Shown here piece after piece: positions 44,028 to 64,000 of a DNA stretch of 64,000 nt. The notes under the pieces were generated by a model, which was given only the letters and a program-made list of their open reading frames with translations, did not search any database and was not told where the DNA came from. Each line of letters opens with the position of its first letter. Position 1 is the first letter of the stretch. The stretch comes from Tubiluchus corallicola (lineage: Eukaryota; Animalia; Priapulida): positions 148,537 to 212,536 of the forward strand of contig JAQGDQ010000401.1 of assembly GCA_030141605.1 (NCBI GenBank), in the 5' to 3' direction. A program made the position numbers and the translations under genes.

Positions 44028-44250
44028 GCTTCCATTTTCCAGAATCCCGATCTCAGATGTGTGAGTCGTGGATAGTGCCGGCAGTGACATTAGGCAAGAA
44101 ATTTGCTTTATTCTAAAAACAACGAAGTCGGCAAATCACCACTACCTGGACGCTGTGCGCCAAGCTCCAGCGTTGCCGAAGTGCAAGTCATTTCTGTTTT
44201 AATTTTTATATTTACGCACTTGAAGCTGATTTAGTAAACAACAAAAAATA

Positions 44251-55319
<11,069 letters not shown>

Positions 55320-56619
55320 ATTTGTATATGTTTCATGCTTTCCTTTTATCATGTGATTTGTCATGTACAAAATGTACATTTTGTACTACAACATTAGCTG
55401 AAAACTAAGATAGCTCCTGTTGTGTCAGGAAATTTCGGTTCATGAAACCCGGCAGTTACATTACTTGTTAATGATTGACTACTCTTATCCATTTTCGTTA
55501 TGGCAAAACGGTTATTATTTTTACTAATATGACTGTGTAACCGTTTGCCAATCATATACAAATAAGACCTAAACTTAAATGCTGGAACGAATTTAAATGG
55601 CTAACAGATGATCTTGTTTTTCACACATTCATTTAGTGGATCAGAGAAAGACATACAGTTCGGATTTATGACTAAATGTGTACCAATAGAATGTTAAGAG
55701 AAGGTAGCAATTATCAACTCTTTTTGACAAAATGATAGGAGAGTATTTGATGTTTTTCCCGAAACAATGTCATAAAAAGTACACTGTAGCAGTACCAGTG
55801 ATTGAATGATTGAGGCCAAAGAGTTATAATAGGATCTGCTGGAAGAATTTTAAGTTTTGCCAGTGCAATTTTTATACTATCTTGAATTCCGCATTTATTT
55901 AATTAATTATTATTGCTTGTTTTTTAATTCTGGATTTGTTCCACCATTTGGTGAGGTTGAATTTGAACAATGTCTGTGCAAATTAGAAACAGATGTACTT
56001 AATAAATGAAAAATTTGGCAAAGCAAAGTGCTCTATAAAAGAATATCAATTCTGTGTGTTCTCATAATGTTTTGTGTATCATTGTTTGGTCTGCACTTCT
56101 TAGACTCTTAAATTACCTGAGGTCATAATTTAAAAGTTCGGGTGTTAGTCGATAAATTTCAGAAAGGCAGCCTTCAAGAAAGCTTGAAATCCAACTTCCA
56201 CGGCTTTTTTTATATTAACAATCAAAATAGTGAAGCTATTTGAAAACATCTACTTAAAATGTTATTTATTTTCATGCATTTTGATACTAAGGTCATGAGT
56301 CATGACTAAACGACTTGTTCTTGCTTAGTGCATACACAGCTGCTCATTTTATTGTTTGTTTATTAGACAAAAACACTTGCCCGTTGTTGCTGATACTTAT
56401 TTTAGTTGACGTCTAGAACTATAGGTAGTGTTGGTTGTGCCGTTGTTGTTTCTGCTGTTGTGACATTATGCCTAGTAATTAGTGCTGCAGACCGCTTAAA
56501 ACATTTTGTCTGCTAATCTTCAGACTGAATGACGCGTACGAAAGATAGAAAATATCTTTATTTAGCGGCGATAACGTCAGATGGCATCGTGAGACCGACA
56601 AAGGCAGCTTTGCAAGAAG

Positions 56620-59600
56620 ATGGCGGTATACAATTTGTGAGTTTGTGTTACACGTGATGATTTTTCTGGTTTTTGACTAGAAATGTAAGAATTTACCAAA
56701 TTAAAGCGCTCACGATCGGGCATACTCGACCAGCTATTTATGAAACTTTTGTAAAATGCCGGGAATTTTTTGTTGGTCTAAAACAAACCACATACTAGGA
56801 TGGTAACTACATCTTCAATTCATGTTCACCAAAAGTATTTTAATTTAAGGCCTAGTGAAGAGAATGTATTTGATGCTTACAAGCATCTAACTTATGTTCT
56901 TATACTAACGCTTATGCTGTAACTTATACTAATGTTCTTTTTATAATAACTATAAATTTATGTACAGGTACAAAACGGACACTGCCAGGTGTATTCTAAA
57001 ATTCTATATACAAGAATTAATTAGTTTTACAAAAAATGTACTAAGTCCATCCATACTGTATGAATTCTTAAAATAAAGGCAACTATTTTCAAAAAATATG
57101 CTCAAACTCAATATGACTTAAATTCTGTACAGAATAATGCTGTCAAACTTTACAACAGTCTCCCTCCTGAAGTCGTAGCTTCGCAAACATTGCATCTGCA
57201 GTAAAAAAAAATTGTTTCCATTTAATTAGCAACTATATCCAGTTAACGAAGCTCAGTAAAAAATCTACCATCCCGTCTTGTTTGCTTGAGTGCTTCGTTT
57301 CCGACTCATTTCTGCGATTTATCTTCCTGTCAGACATCCAAATTTCATTGCATCTTCTCATAGTCGGGAATATGTCATTAAAGCCTTTATTCTTTGGAGT
57401 ATCACTATTCGTCTACGTACTCTAATTCACCACCAAAAAAAGAAAAATTAACTCGGGTCACAAATTAAATGTTAACTTGAAGTTGCTATTTACATCATAT
57501 AATGATATACTTTACTCTAATTGTTTGATCATTGAATTCATTTTTTTCTTTTTTGGCTGATTTATTTTTAGTTTAATGATTTACAATCTTCACAGGTTGA
57601 TATTGCTTTCATTCTTTTTCTTTTGTTTTTTTTTTGTTGGATTAAGTTTCTTGATTTAAATTTTTGTTTTGTTTATTAATTTAAACTACAGTGTTCCCTC
57701 ACTTATCGCGGGTGTTCCGTTGCAGGCCCACCCGGGATAAGTGAATTTCCGCGAAGTAGGGACGCTATACTTATTTTAGTAGTTATACATCATTTTGAGT
57801 CTTTATAAACCCTCCCCACACTCTTATGCATAACCCTTTCCCATTCCCTTAATAACTTTTCCCATACTGTACAAGTACTTTTTAAAAAACTTTACTTAAA
57901 TCCATCAATCAACCAATCGTGTGTTGAGTATAATCTCACGTCGGCAAGAAGCATCTGAAGCGGGCGCAAGTACTACATTTCGTTTTTGGTTTGTATTCGT
58001 CCGCCAAATAAATACACTGTTTACTGTAAATGGTAATTTTTTATGATTTATAATATTCTTTTAATGTTAGAATTAATATTTTTATACATTTTGTGATTTT
58101 TATGCAAAAGTCATCAAATCTATACATTATTATAGAATACGTACTACGCATTTGCAAAAATACTTTAGACAGAGTACATACTTTAAACAGTGAAAATACC
58201 GTGATAAATATTTTACATTAATATTTTTGAAAACACGCGAGACAGGGAGTCCGTGATAAACAAACCGCGAAGTAGCGAGGGAACACTGAATTTCATCTGC
58301 CATATTCATTTATTGCTCGCCATTTTAATTCTAAACAAATGTTGAACTTATGTTATTTTTGCCAAGTTATTTTTCTTTTATCTTTTTTTTGTTTGTGTTT
58401 TCAAATTTTGTTGATTATTATTTAGTTATATACATCTACTGGACAAGTCACACTTAATTTTTTTCATTTCTGAAACAGATGTTGGTATTCTCGTTTTCCT
58501 GTCTCTTTTCTGTTTTATTTTATTTTTTACTTTGTTTATGTTTATTTTGTAAATATTAGACATATATAAATTATTTTCTTACTTATTTTTGGCAACGATA
58601 AATTTGAATGTGAAATTACCTTTTCAGCTTGTCTCAAGTCTAATTTTACATTTAACTTGAATTTTAACTTGAGTGTTTTTTTGTATGAGTTAAGATGTTA
58701 TAATTTAGTTACTTATAATTTAAAATATTCTGTCATTTTGCTTCACTGTTTGGGGAAATAATACCTTTATATAGTTTTTTTAGGACAAAAATCAAATTTA
58801 TTTAAACTAGGCTAGAGCTGTGAGTGCTTTGCCTTTTCTCTAATTCACTTATGTAGTATCTACTGTATTAGTCAGATTTGTTGCAATTATCATTTTTTTT
58901 TATTTTAAAACAGTGTGAATAATTTTCAGAGAATAAAAAAGTAAAATAGGTAACGTAACATGTTCAAATTTTTTTGTTTATAGCCAAGATCACATCATGA
59001 CATTATGAGTGGTTATGTCTGTTTTGTGTGCGGTGGACAGGGGGCACAATATCGATTGCACTGCAAGGTGCGAGACCATGGTTCTTACTTTCCATTTCTA
59101 GAACATCATGAACCACCGCGGGGTGCATTTCCAGCTGGTACAGATGGTACGGTACAAGCTTGTTCCCTTTGTTATTCATTTCTCAATCAACAATGGGAGA
59201 CATACGAACGCACGAGAACACCGCATCAGAAACGTCTATACTGGTTAAAACGTAACGATCATGCACCCTTTATAGGTAAGTGCTGTTTTACTGCTCAGTC
59301 TAATACACGTTACGATGTCTGTGCTTGTTCTAAATGCTGTCATTGTAGATATATGGATGATGTATGTTATGACATACTTATTTCTGGATATGATTTCAGG
59401 AATGAGAAAAAAAACAGGAAATTTTTTGGAACACTTTGTGTCACACTGCCAATTAAATCAATATCAGAAATTGCACCAGTAAATGCTGAGTATTTCTAAC
59501 ACACCAAAATAAATATACCATATTTCTTTTAGGGCCTGTGCTCTTTTTTGTCAGTCATTGAAACTATTGGACCCTTATAAAGATGACTGCTTGTTCAAGC

Positions 59601-62600
59601 ATGGGCACTTTTCACCTTTTAACTTAAAGATGACCATTGGTGAAGTGCCATATTGAATGAACTTCCAAATGGCCACACAGCATGAGAGTAATCTGTACAT
59701 AGGCATTGTGCATACCCACCCTGCTCGGTGATGTACACTCAGTGACCAACAGTTGTTTACATTAACAGACTTGCATGCTACAGCATTCCAAAAATACGTA
59801 CACCTGCATGTTAACCTGAATCCAGAAATAATAACAGTAGAATTTTGAAACCGAAATTGGCACATAGCACATTTTCAATACATCGAAATATGGCCAGGAT
59901 AGAACTTTATTCAAGTGTGCTCACTTATTTTTCTCATTTTCTTTCCTTGGGCATTTATTCAGACAGACCATTTTCAAGCATTTTCCCTAAAATGAATAAA
60001 TATGGTTGTAAAAATGTGAAAATAAGCACACAAAGATCATCTTTATACAAAAATCATCTGTTAATCATGTAGAAAAGATTTTACAGATACAATTAGTCAG
60101 AAACAGAAGTAGGTCTCCTTTTTAAGCTGGCTTTGACAAGAAAATAGTGAAAGTTTCAGAATTATCATAAGCACTAATGTGTGCGTACAGTGCTGTAAAG
60201 TTACAGAAGCTTGCTGGTCAATACATTAAATTTTTTCAACAAAATAGAGCAAAAAACATGGCAACAAACCAGCACTATGCTACACGTATATTAGCATTTT
60301 GGCCAGTATCTTATTAGCATTTTTTATCTTGGTGTATTTCAGTGTAACTGTTTTAACTACAGTACATCCTTCGACAAAACATGGTTGATTATCAGTTTTT
60401 CTTCATGATTTCTGATTTGAAACTTAAATGTTTAAAAAGCTGTTATGGTTATTTTAATCATATTCATAGTGTTTAAAGTTTGCATGTATGCTTATGTGTG
60501 ATCTGTTTTTTACAGGCGCTGAAATGCAACAGCAGGGTGAATACATGTCACACATGCTTGGTTTACATGGCTTCGAAGGAAATGTCTGCAGCCGTGAGGC
60601 AGATGACAGTGAACCACTTTATTATAAGTATCAGGAACAGTTGGATCCCGTGTTGCCTAGGCCCGAGATGCCACCACGACTCGCTGCTGTTCACCATGAT
60701 GACGATTCTGCCCCGCAAGATAAAGCTAGCACCAATAATGGAGCACTTGATCTTACTTTACCAACAAAATCTTCTGCTCATATGATGTGCTTCTTATGTG
60801 GTATGGAATGCCCTAGAGAACACATCCGAGAGGTGTTTGCAGTCGCACGTGACAAGCTATCACATGCGCCATTTTTTCCAGCGCTGTTGAAGCACAAACT
60901 GCCTGGACGCTCACTGCATGTGACGGATAATGGCAGCGTGTTTTCTTGCAAGGATTGTTATGCACATCTGATGCAACAATGGCATTTCTATCAGGCAAAT
61001 AATGTTCCCCAACATGTAAGAAAGTACCAGCTGTTGAAAGACACGACATCTACGACGGGCGATTCTATGCTTCGCTGTTTTTTATGCGGGCGTGAGCATA
61101 CATCAAGTTCCACGTGTTTTATTTATAGTAAAAAACAGACAGAAGGTCATGCTTTTTTCCTCTTTTTAAAATCTCTCGTTCCAGCAACAGGTTCGATGCC
61201 ATTAACAGATGAGGGTCTAGCGAGAGTGTGTCAGAATTGCCATAAATCTCTGATGAAACAGTGGAGAGAGTATGAGCAGAATTCTGTCCCAGAATCTGCC
61301 AGAACATATGAGCACCCCGTTACTGGAGTAACGTATACTGCTGCAGGTTCTGCTGATGTAACAAATCAGTTGCTTGCTCCTCACCTGAGTGGTCTTCGTG
61401 AAATTGCATGTTACCTGTGTGCGCAGACATTTCCACGCGATACCATGAAACCAACATATGCTCGTCCACCCCATGATGCAAGTAAATACACCATGTATTT
61501 TCCTTTCATAAATTTGTTGCCACGGCCGTCGCGCGCACCAGTCATGGACAATGAGTATAAAGTGCTGTCTTGCCAAGCTTGTTATAAGTTTCTGCAAAGG
61601 CAATGGCAGCAATATGAAAATGACAGGGTGGCGTCATCACTACGCACGTATGTATTACGCCCAGTCCCTGCAGTGGCAAGTCCCATAGAAAATGCCGAAA
61701 CTGGTAACCATCCAGATGCTCCCACATCAGCGCTTCGTATTCAAGTGCCCACTCCGCAGGCTAGTAATGCTTCACAGGATGTGAATGTTAATCAGCATGG
61801 ACATGGGACAGGGTTGCTAATGACAGTAAATTCACACAAAAGTCCAGCTCATCAACATCCGTCAACTAGCACATTGCATAACTCATCAGTGATTAACCGA
61901 CCATGTTGGAATGGTGATGTGGTGACGAATAGCTCCAGTCCTCATCAGTTGAATTTGTCTGTCACTTGTCGTGTATGTGGGGTAATCGTAGAACCGGGGA
62001 CATCCATTATTCTGCGTTCACGTCCTCTTGAAGATTCTGGTGCTCAGCCAAAACCATTCTTCCCAATTCTTGAAAAGATAGATGACCTTGCAGAAGAGGT
62101 GCATTGCTGTCCCTTGTGTGCCTTCCATTTGTTAGAACAATGGAAGTGGTATGAGAATAGCACTCAGCCCGAGCACGCTGATCGATTTCACCGAAAATAC
62201 AACCTTTCTGATTTTGTCTGTTACATATGTGGGGTGGCAACACGCAGGCGTAGATTACGTGCCATTTCGTTGAAGAAGTTCACGTCACTGAGTCTACGTA
62301 ATCGACCGAATGGCAGCATTATACTGGATGACGGTGATACGGTAGTCGTGTGCCTGATGTGTTACGAGACTCTGCAAGATCAGTGGGAGGAATATGAGCG
62401 GATGGGTGTTCCGAATAAATTACGCAGATACAATTGGGTCGCTGCACCCCCACCGCCAGTCGAGGACGATCCTCTGGAAAATTCGGAGGTAATTATAAGA
62501 TTTTTCTCTTTTTAACATTTCTATTCCTGGTATTTTTTCCAAATATTTACTGGGTAAGTGGTGCTCTGGTTTCAGAATTTAATTGAAATCAACTGTTTTT

Positions 62601-63729
62601 TAATACTTAAAATATTCCACATCCCTAGAACATTACAAAGCCAAGCTATGTTAAAAAACTATTTCATATCAAAAAATATTCAAAACAAGTTGCATTCAGA
62701 ATGGTTTGCCAGGCTTCACTTACTTCACTTTACTAGTTAACGTCATAAAGAAACAGTTAACTGTTCGTTATGAATTTAATAACAGCAGTTAAAACAAACT
62801 TAGAAGCATGTATAATTAAAGCAGTCAGAAATTTGTTACGCAAACAGAGAATTGAGTATTTTTTAAGGAGAAGAAAACTTGGACAATTAGTGAATAATTT
62901 CTGTGGCACTTAGAGTTGCAAATGTGTGGGTCACTCAAGTTTGCTTTTCTTAGAATGCGCTTGAAAAGCAAAATGTCGAAACCAGTCATGTGGTACTGAA
63001 CTTACCGCATAATCCATTTTCTCTTTCATGAACTGATGTTTTCTCATCTATAATGGTGGTCAGCCTGGCCTACTGATACATAGTGATTCACTTCCACACA
63101 AACAATAGTTATGGAAATTGCCATTATTAGCAAAAGCTTTTTATGTTACAGCAAGTAGTAAGCTCAAGTCGAAGTCATCGATAATCAGTATATTTTTTAT
63201 CAATACATTGCAGTCAAAGTACCTCAAATCATTGCCTCGAGTAAGAAATACCCTTCAATATCGAATGAATTATTAAACAAGCTCATATTTTTGTTGCAAT
63301 ACAAACTACATTGCAATATCAAAATCCAAGGGGCTTATGCATGGTCATTTAGACAAGGTCCCTTTTGACTTGCACTCTTTGCACAGCACAAGCCACCTGA
63401 TAAAAGGGGAAAACAGCTGAAGTAACTGCAGAAGCTTACAGCTGATGCTAGTTATAGCTACAACTCATAACTGAAGAACTGATATGGATCGTATTACTGC
63501 AGAGCGATGAGTTAAGCTTTGAGTTACTTTTTCATATTTATTTTTTAAGTGGTAATGCAATCTATGGTAATAAGGATGTAACACAGAATGTGTACAAGGA
63601 TTTATTGTGCATTCCAGACATTTCCAGAAGGACCACCAACCTGGAATCTCGTGGATGCTTCTAGAAATCCATTGTCTAAAGCAAGCAATAGTGATGCCGT
63701 CGATTCACATCACAGTCAGTCGGTTATTG
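56620..63729 (+). CDS. Plexus/GSE1-like nuclear protein with six CxxC...CxxC-QW-YE repeats (5' part; probably continues beyond the window)
   Basis: Probable exon 1 ends at 56636 (AAGATGGCGG..TT|gtgagt); exon 58984/58989-59275 (MSGYVCFVC...PFI G|gtaag); exon 60516-62488; probable exon 63618-63729. The repeat CxxC-x-(Y/F)FPFL-x-CxxC-x-QWxxYE-x-RxY is recalled from Drosophila plexus-like proteins; the family name is from memory, not from a search. Confidence 0.8.
56985..57240 (+). mobile_element. Degenerate LINE 3' fragment
   Basis: NNAVKLYNSLPPEVVASQTL resembles the ORF2 C-terminal 'LWNSLP' motif. Confidence 0.45.
57689..58288. mobile_element. 600-bp pogo/Tigger-like (Tc1/mariner) MITE
   Basis: TIRs CAGTGTTCCCTC(a)CT / AG(c)GAGGGAACACTG with ccgcga subterminal repeats; TA on the left flank, AA on the right. 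Confidence 0.82.
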
Positions 63730-64000
63730 GTAAGTTTGTGTTTTTTAGTAAAACTCGTCCAAAAACAAAGTGCTTGTAGAGACGCCACTGGCTTATCCAT
63801 TTCAAAAAATGATAACTGTGTAAGGGAATTGATTTTGTTCAAGGTCAATGCCCACAAATTTTTCTCATTAAAACTGTTATTATAGCACAAAGAGACTGCA
63901 GAACCCCCGTCATTATAGATTAATGTGGAGGAAGAGGTAAGAGTGCTTTAATACCCAATAATCTGTAATAATAAGATGGTACATTATGTTCATATACAAC

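Overview
AT-rich, intron-containing invertebrate (metazoan) genomic DNA; no prokaryotic features. Host genes: (1) a minus-strand protein-glutamine gamma-glutamyltransferase (transglutaminase). Thirteen coding exons were traced by hand from ATG 35535 to 5969 (576 codons, intact Cys-His-Asp triad, one GC-AG intron); the C-terminal exons were not found in the window. (2) A truncated, apparently decayed tandem duplicate of four of its exons (38893-41776). (3) A complete 6-exon PSMD7/Rpn8 gene (44251-55319, 327 aa). (4) The 5' part of a plexus/GSE1-like gene with six Cys4 repeats (56620 onward). The introns hold many mobile elements: a full-length BEL/Pao LTR retrotransposon (340-bp LTRs, GGAAG TSD, tRNAiMet PBS), several CR1/L2-group LINEs, hAT-, pogo- and Harbinger-like MITEs, and micro/minisatellites. 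The most unusual object is the near full-length LINE at about 11.8-17.3 kb. Its ORF2 starts with a 239-aa signal-peptide/multi-hydrophobic-segment leader joined to APE-RT by a 2A-like GGIETNPG/P motif, and its ORF1 carries five LC8-type TQT/GIQ motifs. All coordinates were read by eye; no database searches were run.
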